A stretch of DNA of 64,000 nt. Source: an uncultured Planctomycetales bacterium (GTDB lineage Bacteria > Omnitrophota > Gorgyraeia > Zapsychrales > Fredricksoniimonadaceae). The translations under genes were made by a program, and so were the position numbers. Where the stretch lies: positions 48,852 to 112,851 of the forward strand of contig CAZFNI010000005.1 of the NCBI GenBank assembly GCA_964520655.1, given 5' to 3'. This document shows positions 1 through 9,938 of this stretch, piece after piece (within the stretch, counting starts at the first letter, position 1; each line of letters begins with the position of its first letter). The notes under the pieces were generated by a model. The model was not told the origin of the DNA, searched no databases, and saw only the letters and a list, made by a program, of their open reading frames with translations.

Positions 1-1
1 T

Positions 2-889
2 CAATACCAGGCACTGAAAGCCAAGGTACCATTAAGAGATCTTTTCCGAAATCCTGAATTAGCTGGGGCGATCACGCTGCAGCCGCTGGAGATCATTGGG
101 GTGGATGCGGCGATCCTATTCGCGGATATTTTAACTATGCCGTCCGGAATGGGGTTCAATGTCGATTTTGTCGACGGTAAAGGGCCGGTGATCGATAATC
201 CCATACGGGGGCCGGAAGACTTAAAACGCTTGGGACGGTACAGCGGTCTGGAATACGTATCCCAAACGATCGGCTTGATCAATAAAGTCATTCCTCAGTC
301 AACTCCACTTATTGGGTTTGCTGGATCACCCTATACGGTATTGACATACTTGTGCCATAAACATCAGCACATGATGTTTGAAGATCCAAAAGCTTTTCAT
401 GGGTATATGAAATTATTAACAGAGAATACCATTCTGTATTTGAAAGACCAGAAGAAAGCGGGCATAAAGGCTTTTCAGTTATTTGACACCTGGGCAGGTT
501 CTTTGCGTCGTACGGAATACGAAGAGTTCGTGCTTCCTTATGTCCAGAAAATATTTAGATCAGTTGATCTGCCGTCGATATATTTCTTAAAGAACTGCGC
601 TCATTTATTTGATCTGATGGATAAAAGCGGAGCAGATATGCTGTCTGTTTGCGAGACAGTCGACATTGCTGAGATCAAAACGAAACGCGGGGTGCAGGGT
701 AATTTGCTAAATTCCATGCTTTATGCGCCAGAAAAAGAGCTGATGGCAGAAGTTGACAGGATCCTCAAAGCAGCCAAGAAACATCACCGCAAATATGTGT
801 TCAATCTCAATCACGGCGTCATGCCGGACGTTGATCCGGAAAAGTTAAAAGCCGTTGTTAAAAGGATCCACCAATTCAAATGGGCATAA
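2..889 (+). CDS. hemE: uroporphyrinogen decarboxylase, 5'-partial (gene begins upstream of window)
   Basis: Frame continues open from window edge (QYQALKAKVPLRDLFRNPELAGAITLQPLEIIGVDAAILFADIL). URO-D family hallmarks are present. Length is consistent with loss of ~60 N-terminal residues. Confidence 0.9.
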   Translation, partial: QYQALKAKVPLRDLFRNPELAGAITLQPLEIIGVDAAILFADILTMPSGMGFNVDFVDGKGPVIDNPIRGPEDLKRLGRYSGLEYVSQTIGLINKVIPQSTPLIGFAGSPYTVLTYLCHKHQHMMFEDPKAFHGYMKLLTENTILYLKDQKKAGIKAFQLFDTWAGSLRRTEYEEFVLPYVQKIFRSVDLPSIYFLKNCAHLFDLMDKSGADMLSVCETVDIAEIKTKRGVQGNLLNSMLYAPEKELMAEVDRILKAAKKHHRKYVFNLNHGVMPDVDPEKLKAVVKRIHQFKWA

Positions 890-2067
890 GATCGATCGCT
901 ATCATAGGTGGAGGCATATCCGGCCTGGCCACACTGCATTTTTTAAAAAAGCGTTTTAAGAATGACGTTTCGGTCACGCTCTATGAAGCCAATGATCGTC
1001 TCGGAGGTAATATCCGCTCGATGAGCGGTGACGGGTGGCTTTTTGAAGCGGGTCCCAATGGTTTTCTTAATAATTCCCCAGCGACGCTGGAATTGATCGA
1101 GGATCTAAATCTTTCTGGTGAGTTGGTCACGGCAGATCCGCTGGCTAAAAGACGTTACATCCAACTCAACGGGCGCCTTCATCTTTTGCCAACTGGATTA
1201 AAAGAATTTGTCAAGACCCCTATTTTATCGGTTTCTGAAAAGTTCCGTCTGATCGCGGGTATCTTTAAGAAGAATGTCTCTGTGGACCAATCGATCTACG
1301 ATTATGTCTCTGCACGTTTCTGCAAAGGGGTTGCCGAAAAGTTAGCTGATCCATTCATGCGGGGTATATTTGGAGGGGATATTAAGAAGCTCCATATGGG
1401 GCACGCTTTCCCTAAAATGAAAAAAGGAGCAATGACTTCTTTTCGAAAAGGGATGGGGCAGGTATTTGAAAGATTCGAAGAAAACTACACTCAGTATATC
1501 ATCAAGGGGAAAAGCATTGATGAGTTAAGTAAGATACAGGCGGATTGGATCATCAGTACTGTGCCAGCATACCAGGCAGCCGCTTTAACGAAGAATCCTG
1601 CATTAGGTGAAATTCATTATTGTACTGTTTCCGTTGTGGGTTTAGGATTTGATGGTTCTGCGTTTACAGTAAAACCGGACGGTTTTGGTTATCTGATCCC
1701 CTCAAACCAAGGTAAAGATATATTAGGCGTTCTTATTGAGAGCAATGTTTATTCACAACGGGCGCCGACTAATGGTGTTATGTTAAGGGTCATGATCGGC
1801 AAGGATGCGCATGCTCAAGAGTTGATCGATCTTGCTGTAAAAGAGTTGGATAGTATCTATGGGCTTAAGGCAAAACCTGTTAGATCCTGGGTTCAGTCGT
1901 GGCCGAGAGCTATTCCTCAATATGAGTTGAATTATCCTGATATATTAGGGAGGGTTTCACTGGATCAAGGAGCTTTAAAGGTTTCAGGTAACTTTATTAA
2001 CGGGATTTCTTTTAACGATTGCATTACAAACGCAAAAGCTATCGCGAATGCTGTGGAGCTCAAATGA
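880..2067 (+). CDS. hemY: FAD-dependent protoporphyrinogen/coproporphyrinogen oxidase (HemY-like), short 395-aa form
   Basis: N-terminal Rossmann dinucleotide motif IAIIGGGISGLATL. Amine-oxidase fold signatures (GGNI, EAGPNGF). ATG overlaps the hemE stop (ATGGGCATAA). Confidence 0.75.
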   Translation: MGIRSIAIIGGGISGLATLHFLKKRFKNDVSVTLYEANDRLGGNIRSMSGDGWLFEAGPNGFLNNSPATLELIEDLNLSGELVTADPLAKRRYIQLNGRLHLLPTGLKEFVKTPILSVSEKFRLIAGIFKKNVSVDQSIYDYVSARFCKGVAEKLADPFMRGIFGGDIKKLHMGHAFPKMKKGAMTSFRKGMGQVFERFEENYTQYIIKGKSIDELSKIQADWIISTVPAYQAAALTKNPALGEIHYCTVSVVGLGFDGSAFTVKPDGFGYLIPSNQGKDILGVLIESNVYSQRAPTNGVMLRVMIGKDAHAQELIDLAVKELDSIYGLKAKPVRSWVQSWPRAIPQYELNYPDILGRVSLDQGALKVSGNFINGISFNDCITNAKAIANAVELK

Positions 2068-3152
2068 TCCATATGATCAACATGAAAAATATACTTAGGA
2101 TACTCTCATCCGTAAAGATCACTGGTTTTTGTTTATTTTGGTTGTTTATATTGACCTTCTGGGGAACAGTGGCCCAAGTATCTCAGGGGTTATATGCAGC
2201 TCAAGAAAGATTTTTCTTTTCGATGTATTTTCTGGCAGCTGGCTTTATACCGTTGCCTGGTGCCCAGGGAGTATTGTGGATTTTATTCATCAACCTGTGC
2301 GCTTCCTCAATCGTTCATTTCTCCAAACTTAAGACATGGCGTTCTTCTGGGCTTAAACTAACGCATCTCGGTATTTTGATCTATTTTGTCGCTGCATTTG
2401 CCACATTTCACTTGACCCAGGAGAGCAATGTGCATTTGATGGAGGGTGAATCGACGAACGTGGGTACTTCCTACTCTGAGTGGGAGATCGCTTCATGGGT
2501 GGATAACGGGTCTCAAAAGCAGGTCTATGCATATGATCTTAAACATATCAAGGCTGGAAATGTTTTTCTCCTCAATGGCGTTGATGTGCGTGTCGAAGAA
2601 TTCTACTCCAATTGCGCCGCATTTACTTCGGATCAAGGTAAGAGTACGGTAAAGAATGCCTCAGGGATCGAGATCCTTAAACCGCAAGCGATGGAAAAAG
2701 AACGGGAAAAGAATGTTGCGGGAGGTGTTTTTAAGATCAATGGTCAATTGGTCCTGCTTTATGGAGATGAGATGCTTCCAACTAAGGTTGATGACAGGAT
2801 GTATCTGCTGCGTCACAAGCGCTACCCATTGCCGTTTATCATAAAACTCAAGAAATTTAAGGCTGAATTCCACCCGGGGACAAATACAGCCAGCAGTTAT
2901 GAAAGTCTGGTTGAGGTGATCAAGCCCAATGCCTCCAGAGATGTGCGAATTTACATGAATAATCCTCTCAGGGAGAAAGATTTTACTTTCTATCAGTCTT
3001 CTTATAATACAGATTCACAGGGGCGGCGTTATTCGACGCTGGCTGTCGTTAAGAACGCGGGGCAAGTGCTGCCGTATATTGCTTGTTTTGTTGTGTTCTT
3101 TGGTTTGGCGCTTCATTTTATTCTAGCGGCCCTGGACCGCAAACGCATATGA
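2064..3152 (+). CDS. resB: cytochrome c biogenesis protein ResB/Ccs1 (System II)
   Basis: Polytopic N-terminus plus large soluble domain typical of the ResB family. ATGA overlap with the hemY stop and ATGA overlap with the ccsA start. An earlier in-frame start at 2019 is possible. Confidence 0.7.
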   Translation: MIHMINMKNILRILSSVKITGFCLFWLFILTFWGTVAQVSQGLYAAQERFFFSMYFLAAGFIPLPGAQGVLWILFINLCASSIVHFSKLKTWRSSGLKLTHLGILIYFVAAFATFHLTQESNVHLMEGESTNVGTSYSEWEIASWVDNGSQKQVYAYDLKHIKAGNVFLLNGVDVRVEEFYSNCAAFTSDQGKSTVKNASGIEILKPQAMEKEREKNVAGGVFKINGQLVLLYGDEMLPTKVDDRMYLLRHKRYPLPFIIKLKKFKAEFHPGTNTASSYESLVEVIKPNASRDVRIYMNNPLREKDFTFYQSSYNTDSQGRRYSTLAVVKNAGQVLPYIACFVVFFGLALHFILAALDRKRI

Positions 3153-5017
3153 AAAAGATAATCATTGTTATACTTGCTGCAATATTGTGGCTAACACCAG
3201 CCCAGGCTGAGGATATCCCCAAACCCTTAAGGTCCTATGAGCTGTTCAAACATATTCCCGTATTGGATGCGGGAAGGATCAAGCCGTTAGATACATTTGC
3301 TCGAAATATTCTGTTGCAATTCTCTGGTAAGGATACGTATGATCGTCGTCCTGCGATCGAATGGTTTGCCAGGCTGTTGTTTGCTCCTGGAGCAGTTAAG
3401 GATGATAAGGTATTCTTGATCAATAATCCGGATATTGCCACGGCATTGGGAATTGAACCGGATACGCATCGCCGTTACTCTTTTGCCCAGCTGCAAAAGT
3501 CTGCTGGGAAATTATTTGGTCTTGCGGATGCCGCTCGTCATATCGAACAAAAGCAGCGCAGCATTGTGGAGGCAGAACTTATTCGCGTCTATGACAATTT
3601 GGAAGCCTATGCTGGACTCACGGAAGTGATGGCTTTTTCTTTTCCGCATGATGATTTTACAGTACAGTCGTCAGATTCGATCAGATCATTTAATTATCCT
3701 TCGGAGATCACTCAATTAAGTTTTTTGGATGTAGCGCTTCACGCCAAAGAGCTTCACGATCAGACATCGTCGCTTGTGAACAAAACTGAAGCTTCACTCA
3801 CGGCCAGCGATAAAGATCTGATGAAATTGTTGCGTAGTTTTGTCAGTTGGTCGTCCATGGGCAGCAGCTCTTCGTTCGCTTTGATCCCTCATTCAGAGCA
3901 TCCAGCTGTATGGATAAGCCCTTTTGAAGCTATCCTTAAAGACTTCAAAAGCGACGAGACCAAATCGATGCTCAGTCTATGGCAGAACATGGCCGCTGCT
4001 TTTTGGAACGGCGATCAGGTCCAATTTGATATTGAAATCAGGCGTTACCTGGAAATTGTCGCGCATCGCTTAGACGTCAAAGATCAGAAAAAGCTTGATA
4101 CTTTTTCATTGGAGATCGCGTATCATCGATTAATGCCATTCTTATGGGCCAGGATATTTTATATTTTGGCATTTATATGTTTTGTAGCTTCATTGATTTC
4201 TACCTCAAGATGGTGGTATACCAGTGCTTTTGCGTTGATCGTTCTTGGTTTTCTGCCGCATTTCGCTGCCCTAGTTGCGCGTATCATCATCATGGCCAGG
4301 CCCCCAGTCACAAGCCTGTATGAGACGTTTATTTTTTGCGCATGCATCTGTGTTGCTTTGGGGATCTGGATCGAGCGTGTCAATAAACAATGGATGGGGA
4401 TCTTAGTTGCTGCTATCAGCGGCAGTGCATTTTTATTCATTGCTTCCCGATATAGTTCTGAAGGCGATACCATGCAAATGCTTGTTGCCGTGCTCAACTC
4501 TAATTTTTGGCTGGCGACCCATGTCACAACGATCACGATGGGCTATGCGGCAACATGTGTCGCTGGTGTTTTAGGACACATTTGGCTGATCCAGGCCTGC
4601 TTTAAAAGAGAGAAAGAAGTCTTAAAGAATACCTATCAGGTCATGATGATCATTCTGGGGATATCGTTAGCATTGACATTCTTAGGGACGAATCTTGGTG
4701 GTATTTGGGCGGATCAAAGCTGGGGCCGGTTTTGGGGATGGGATCCAAAAGAAAATGGTGCGCTGATGATCGTACTTTGGACAGCGATGCTGTTCCATTT
4801 TAAGATCGCAAAAATGATAGGGCCTTTAGGAATGGCCGTTGGGGTATCGTTAGGAGTTGTGGTTGTCATGTGGGCCTGGTTTGGTGTTAATTTACTCAGT
4901 ATTGGCCTTCATTCCTATGGTTTTACTTCAGGGATCGCTAATGCACTATTATTGTACTTGATCATTGAGATCATTTTCCTTGGGGTGACATCCTATTTTG
5001 CCAAAAAAAATGCTTAG
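3149..5017 (+). CDS. ccsA: cytochrome c biogenesis heme-handling protein CcsA/ResC, long form with N-terminal periplasmic domain
   Basis: Signal peptide MKKIIIVILAAILWLTPAQA. C-terminal W-rich WWD heme-binding motif (WADQSWGRFWGWDPKENGAL) with flanking conserved His-containing TM helices. Confidence 0.85.
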   Translation: MKKIIIVILAAILWLTPAQAEDIPKPLRSYELFKHIPVLDAGRIKPLDTFARNILLQFSGKDTYDRRPAIEWFARLLFAPGAVKDDKVFLINNPDIATALGIEPDTHRRYSFAQLQKSAGKLFGLADAARHIEQKQRSIVEAELIRVYDNLEAYAGLTEVMAFSFPHDDFTVQSSDSIRSFNYPSEITQLSFLDVALHAKELHDQTSSLVNKTEASLTASDKDLMKLLRSFVSWSSMGSSSSFALIPHSEHPAVWISPFEAILKDFKSDETKSMLSLWQNMAAAFWNGDQVQFDIEIRRYLEIVAHRLDVKDQKKLDTFSLEIAYHRLMPFLWARIFYILAFICFVASLISTSRWWYTSAFALIVLGFLPHFAALVARIIIMARPPVTSLYETFIFCACICVALGIWIERVNKQWMGILVAAISGSAFLFIASRYSSEGDTMQMLVAVLNSNFWLATHVTTITMGYAATCVAGVLGHIWLIQACFKREKEVLKNTYQVMMIILGISLALTFLGTNLGGIWADQSWGRFWGWDPKENGALMIVLWTAMLFHFKIAKMIGPLGMAVGVSLGVVVVMWAWFGVNLLSIGLHSYGFTSGIANALLLYLIIEIIFLGVTSYFAKKNA

Positions 5018-6164
5018 TGTACAAAAAGCCTTCCGGATCGTTTTACGTCATTCTCGATTGACGCGTGACATAGCCTGCCCATTAGAAGATTCCGTTGGAA
5101 AGATCTTGAGAGAAAACATCTATGCGGATCGACCGTATCCGCCATTTGATAAAGCCTTAATGGACGGCATTGCCATTTCCTATAAAAGCTGGAAGGCGGG
5201 AGTGCGGTCGTTTCGTATCGAAAATATCATCCCTGCTGGTGTTCCCTTAAAACATTTAAATGATCCGGCATGTTGTGTAAAGATCATGACAGGAGCGGTT
5301 GTTCCGCGTGAGGTGGATTGCATTATTCCCATTGAACGTGTCAAGATAAAGAATGATACTGCTTATATTCTGGATCAGGAAATTCATCCGGGTCAATATA
5401 TTCGTCGTCAGGGTATGGATATTGAAAAAGGTGGGATGATCTTAAAAAAGGGGATAAAGATCTCACCGGCTCATGTCGGCGCTATTGCTTCTGTTGGCAA
5501 AAGATCGATCAAAGTATCAAAGAGCATACGCATCATGCTTGTGGTAACGGGAGATGAATTAGTGGATGTTGGAGTCCCCATCAGATCATTTCAAACACGC
5601 TTTTCCAATGCTTATGCGTTAAGCGCGGCGCTGGAAAGTACGGCTTTGGCTGTTGTTGATTTTGCTCATGTGAATGATGATATCCGGGATTTACGGGTAT
5701 ATTTGAAAAGATCATTAGAAGAATATGATCTGGTTGTTCTCAGCGGCGGGGTATCGAAAGGGGATTATGATCATATCCCTTCTGTTCTAAAAGATTTAGA
5801 AGTCAAAGCAGTATTTCACGGCGTCAACCAAAAACCGGGAAAGCCTTTGTGGTTTGGTATCTCAAAGGACAAAAGGCCTGTTTTTGCCTTGCCCGGTAAT
5901 CCTGTGTCATCACTGTTATGCGCGTATCGTTACATTATTCCGTTTTTATATTCAATGGCAGGAGGTGAATATCTTCAATGCTTCCTGAATTTGGACCTAA
6001 AAATTCCATCTCATGGAACGATCTTTTTGCCTGTTGCCAAGGGCAAGGTTCTTCAACACGGTGGTTCCGGGGATATTGTTTCGTGGGCTCACGCAGAAGG
6101 ATTTATCGAATATGATCAACAAGACAGCTCCACTTTACGGCCTTATTTTAGCTGGCGGATATAG
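5010..6164 (+). CDS. moeA: molybdopterin molybdotransferase MoeA
   Basis: MoeA N-terminal, MoCF-biosynthesis and C-terminal domains (LPGNPVSS motif). ATG overlaps the ccsA stop. Confidence 0.85.
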   Translation: MLSVQKAFRIVLRHSRLTRDIACPLEDSVGKILRENIYADRPYPPFDKALMDGIAISYKSWKAGVRSFRIENIIPAGVPLKHLNDPACCVKIMTGAVVPREVDCIIPIERVKIKNDTAYILDQEIHPGQYIRRQGMDIEKGGMILKKGIKISPAHVGAIASVGKRSIKVSKSIRIMLVVTGDELVDVGVPIRSFQTRFSNAYALSAALESTALAVVDFAHVNDDIRDLRVYLKRSLEEYDLVVLSGGVSKGDYDHIPSVLKDLEVKAVFHGVNQKPGKPLWFGISKDKRPVFALPGNPVSSLLCAYRYIIPFLYSMAGGEYLQCFLNLDLKIPSHGTIFLPVAKGKVLQHGGSGDIVSWAHAEGFIEYDQQDSSTLRPYFSWRI

Positions 6165-6702
6165 CAAGCGGATGGGGCAAGATAAAGCCCTGATCGACTT
6201 CCACGGTAAGCCCCAGGTAAACTATTGTTTTGACCTTGTATCAAAATTTTGTGAGCAGGTTTTTGTATCTGTTCGTGCTGACCAAAGGTATTTTAATTTA
6301 CCGCTGCTCAAAGACCGCGAGCAATATGCCAATCACGGCCCATTAGGGGGGATACTTTCCGCAATGGGGAGTTATCCGGATGTTTCGTGGCTAGTACTGG
6401 CTTGCGATTTACCATTAGTTGAAGAAAAGACCATTCGATTCCTTATTGCTCATCGAGAGGCATCAAAGATCGCTACAGCGTTTAAGAGCTCTGGGGATCA
6501 ATTGCCTGAACCTTTATGTGCTGTTTGGGAGTCACATGGCTTCAATGAGTTATTGGAAAGCTTTACAAAGGGGATCTTTTGTCCGCGAAAGATCCTGATC
6601 AATTCCAATGCGAATCTATTAACCTTGCCTGATGATCGATGGCTGCGTAATTTTAATTCTCCAACTGATCTAGATCATTTCTCCAGGGAAACGTTTTCTT
6701 AA
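6112..6702 (+). CDS. mobA: molybdenum cofactor guanylyltransferase MobA
   Basis: LYGLILAGGYSKRMGQDKALI nucleotide-binding motif. ~196 aa from the internal ATG. Overlaps the moeA 3' end. The upstream ATG at 6013 is judged unlikely. Confidence 0.8.
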   Translation: MINKTAPLYGLILAGGYSKRMGQDKALIDFHGKPQVNYCFDLVSKFCEQVFVSVRADQRYFNLPLLKDREQYANHGPLGGILSAMGSYPDVSWLVLACDLPLVEEKTIRFLIAHREASKIATAFKSSGDQLPEPLCAVWESHGFNELLESFTKGIFCPRKILINSNANLLTLPDDRWLRNFNSPTDLDHFSRETFS

Positions 6703-6791
6703 AAGTTTGATATTCAATTGAAATGGGTTAGGGTTCGGGTATACTTGAAATAGGACATTTTTGTGGAAGTGCCCCAGAAAGTGACATAAGC

Positions 6792-7592
6792 ATGTACCGG
6801 ATCTTGATCGTTGATGATGAGCATGATGTGGTTGACCTGACCCGTAAGCGTTTGATCAAAGACGGCTATGAGGTCTATCCCGCCTATAATGGCCAAGAAG
6901 CCTATCAATTGACTGTTAAATATGTGCCCGATCTGATCATCTCTGATGTATTAATGCCTGTCATGAATGGTTTTGAATTCTGCAAAGCGGTCAGAGATAA
7001 CGAAAAGACGAGAGATATCCCCATTATCATCATGACTGGAAACCGTTCGGACATGCAGGATGCTTTTTTATTCCTGGGGATAAAGGATATTCTGCATAAG
7101 CCTTTCAACCTTGATCAGCTTGAAGAAAAGATCAAGCAGCATTTGGGTTTGGCAAAACAGCTGCACACACAAAAAACAAAATTATTATTTCACTGTGTGC
7201 GTTCCGCCAAGATGGCTGCGACTAAGGCTGTTATTGAATCCATTCCTCAATGGCTTCCCAAATTTGTCACCTCGGGAGCGGAATTGATCGCTCGTGCAAA
7301 AGAATTCCAACCGGAAGTGGTGGTGGTTGATCTATTCATGAACGATATGCCGGTTGATGAGGCATTATTATGTTTAAAAGCGATCCCTCAATTAAAAGAT
7401 TCCCAGATCGTCACGTATTACAGCCCGATCGCGGAGGGGGATGAATATATTATCCAGGCGCGCATGATCGAGATCCAGTATCTTAAGGCGGCAACTGCTG
7501 CTGCCGGTGCCAAAGAATATTTAGGCCCTTTGAACAACCCCGCTAATTTTGTTGCCTTATTTGACGACTACCGCAAAGACTATGCTGTCTAG
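6792..7592 (+). CDS. response regulator with tandem receiver domains (REC + degenerate pseudo-REC), no output domain
   Basis: REC1 has a complete acidic pocket and phospho-acceptor (VDDE...ISDVLMP...IIMTG...HKP). The second domain is REC-like but lacks the N-terminal DD pair (LLFHC...VVVDLFM...YYSP). Confidence 0.8.
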   Translation: MYRILIVDDEHDVVDLTRKRLIKDGYEVYPAYNGQEAYQLTVKYVPDLIISDVLMPVMNGFEFCKAVRDNEKTRDIPIIIMTGNRSDMQDAFLFLGIKDILHKPFNLDQLEEKIKQHLGLAKQLHTQKTKLLFHCVRSAKMAATKAVIESIPQWLPKFVTSGAELIARAKEFQPEVVVVDLFMNDMPVDEALLCLKAIPQLKDSQIVTYYSPIAEGDEYIIQARMIEIQYLKAATAAAGAKEYLGPLNNPANFVALFDDYRKDYAV

Positions 7593-7603
7593 GCAGGTGC
7601 CCC

Positions 7604-8665
7604 ATGATCATCGTAGGTCTTAACCATAAAACAGCTCCGATCGAAATAAGAGAAAAGTTTTTTTTAAACCCCACTGAAGCAGATTTGTTGCTGTTGGAAT
7701 TGAAAAATAATCCCGCGATCAGTGAGGCGTTTGTTCTTTCGACGTGCAATCGCGTCGAAGTGTACCTTAAATCTATCCATCGTGATCTGCCAAAAGATTT
7801 TGTCCTGCAGTTGATATCAAAAGTCAAAAAAACGCAGCTGCCTGCTGAATTGCTACAGCATCTGTATTTTTATGAAGGGCAGGACGCTGTTGAACATTTA
7901 TTAAAAGTGACCAGCGGACTGGATTCACTGGTCATTGGTGAAAAGCAAATATTAGGCCAAGTCAAGAATGCGGTGGAAAGAGCAAGAGAATTAGGAACGA
8001 TCTCACGATATTTTAATATTTTGACGAACATCGCTATCAGGGCAGGGAAAAAATCACAGCAAGAAACCAATATTTCTTTTGGCGGCTCTTCTATCAGCTG
8101 GGCAGCGATCGCGATGGCAGAGCAGCTATTGGGAGATCTGGCGGGGAAATGTGTTCTGGTCATTGGTGCGGGTAAAATGGGGGAGCTGGCATTAAGGAAT
8201 TTAAATGACAAGGGCGTCGGCAAACTTTATTTGATGAACCGCAACGGAGAGAAGGCGGAACGTTTAGCGAAAGAATACAATGGGGTTCCGGCCTCATTCT
8301 GGGACATACAAAAACTATTGTTGGAGATCGATCTGTGTATTTGTTCAGTGGGAGCGCCGCACCATATCCTGGAAAGTTCCAATCTTAGTAAGCTTCTTCC
8401 AAAACGAGAAGGAAAGGAGCTAGTGTTCATTGATATTTCCATGCCGCGCAACATTGACCCGGACATAGGACTGCTGCCTTCTGTTAAGTTGAGATCGATC
8501 GATGATTTATCTGAGGTGGTTAACGAAAATTTAAAAAAGAGACAGGGCTCTGTCGGCGATGTTCATTCGATCATCCGGCAGAAAATGCTGGAATTTGAAA
8601 TTAAGCTTGAAAAGCTAAAAGCATTGAACAATTCCGATTTCTTTGAACCCAAAGAGAATAAATAA
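7604..8665 (+). CDS. hemA: glutamyl-tRNA reductase, short form (353 aa, abbreviated C-terminal dimerisation region)
   Basis: MIIVGLNHKTAPIEIREKF...STCNRVEVY catalytic Cys motif. NADPH-binding GAGKMGELA. Lies 11 nt downstream of the receiver gene. Confidence 0.9.
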   Translation: MIIVGLNHKTAPIEIREKFFLNPTEADLLLLELKNNPAISEAFVLSTCNRVEVYLKSIHRDLPKDFVLQLISKVKKTQLPAELLQHLYFYEGQDAVEHLLKVTSGLDSLVIGEKQILGQVKNAVERARELGTISRYFNILTNIAIRAGKKSQQETNISFGGSSISWAAIAMAEQLLGDLAGKCVLVIGAGKMGELALRNLNDKGVGKLYLMNRNGEKAERLAKEYNGVPASFWDIQKLLLEIDLCICSVGAPHHILESSNLSKLLPKREGKELVFIDISMPRNIDPDIGLLPSVKLRSIDDLSEVVNENLKKRQGSVGDVHSIIRQKMLEFEIKLEKLKALNNSDFFEPKENK

Positions 8666-8668
8666 CTT

Positions 8669-8833
8669 ATGAAAGATATTGGCTGGACAATCCTGGCTGA
8701 ATTCCTATTTCTATTTTTTGCAGGTTATTTTATGGATCAGCATTGGGGAACTGGGTGTGTTTGGACGTTGACCGGTATTGGCCTGGCTTTTGTGATGATC
8801 GGATATGAGATCTGGAAGTTAACCAAGAAATAA
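8669..8833 (+). CDS. AtpZ/AtpI-like small membrane protein (54 aa, 2 TM) preceding atpB
   Basis: Translation found by hand: MKDIGWTILAEFLFLFFAGYFMDQHWGTGCVWTLTGIGLAFVMIGYEIWKLTKK. Starts 3 nt after the hemA stop. Position and two-helix topology match the ATPase_gene1 family. Below the 60-aa cutoff of the ORF track. Confidence 0.6.
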   Translation: MKDIGWTILAEFLFLFFAGYFMDQHWGTGCVWTLTGIGLAFVMIGYEIWKLTKK

Positions 8834-8879
8834 ACATATTTGCTTGATTCTCCAAAGGATATAAATTACTATATCTGCC

Positions 8880-9659
8880 ATGCAAGCTTCAGGCCACGCA
8901 GAACCTTTTCTGTTAGACCAATACGTGATTCATCATATCCAGGATTCAAAAGAGTGGCATTTACCATTCTTAGAGCCTATTCATTTGCCTGGATTCTTGT
9001 CCATGCATTCTCTTATGTTGATTTTTTGCATGGGACTGCTGATATATTTATTTTGTTTTGCCTACCGAAAGAATGACCGCGTTCCTACAGGTGTAACCAA
9101 TTTATTAGAGTCATTCGTGCAGTTTGTCCGTGATGAGATCGCGATCCCCTCACTGGGGCATGAAGATGGGATAAAATTGACCCCACTTTTTTGCACACTG
9201 TTTTTCTTTATCCTGGGCCTGAATATCATTGGTCAGATCCCCTTGTTTGCCGCGGCAACAGCCAATATCAGCGTGACAGCCCCGCTGGCATTGATCGTAT
9301 TTTATATCATGACTGTAGGGGCCATACAAAAGAATGGTTTTGGCGGATTTTTGAAGGCTTTTGTCCCTTCAGGCGTTCCCAAATTGATCTTGCTACTGAT
9401 CGTCCCGTTAGAAGTGCTGGGCTTATTCATTAAAACATTTGCCTTGATGATCCGCTTGTTTGCCAATATGCTGGCAGGTCACATGGTTGTTTCGTCATTA
9501 TTAGGATTGGTAGTGCTGTTTGGGGCTTGGGCGACCCCTGCGATCGCCTTGGCGGTAGGTATATCGTTACTTGAAGTCCTGGTTGTTTTTTTGCAGGCGT
9601 ATATTTTTGTTTTATTGTCAGCGGTGTTTATCGGACAGATCCATCATCCGGAACATTAA
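8880..9659 (+). CDS. atpB: F0F1 ATP synthase subunit a
   Basis: Conserved stator arginine context LMIRLFANMLAGHMVV. 5-6 TM helices. Confidence 0.9.
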   Translation: MQASGHAEPFLLDQYVIHHIQDSKEWHLPFLEPIHLPGFLSMHSLMLIFCMGLLIYLFCFAYRKNDRVPTGVTNLLESFVQFVRDEIAIPSLGHEDGIKLTPLFCTLFFFILGLNIIGQIPLFAAATANISVTAPLALIVFYIMTVGAIQKNGFGGFLKAFVPSGVPKLILLLIVPLEVLGLFIKTFALMIRLFANMLAGHMVVSSLLGLVVLFGAWATPAIALAVGISLLEVLVVFLQAYIFVLLSAVFIGQIHHPEH

Positions 9660-9675
9660 TCATTCAACATCCTAA

Positions 9676-9927
<252 letters not shown>

Positions 9928-9938
9928 AGGATCCAATT

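Noticed and set aside
8840-9433. Alternative-frame + ORFs (8840-9076, 9191-9433) overlapping atpB, and 44052-44515 overlapping coxB
   Set aside because: The in-frame atpB and coxB translations carry the family signature motifs. The alternate frames are low-complexity and explained by overlap.
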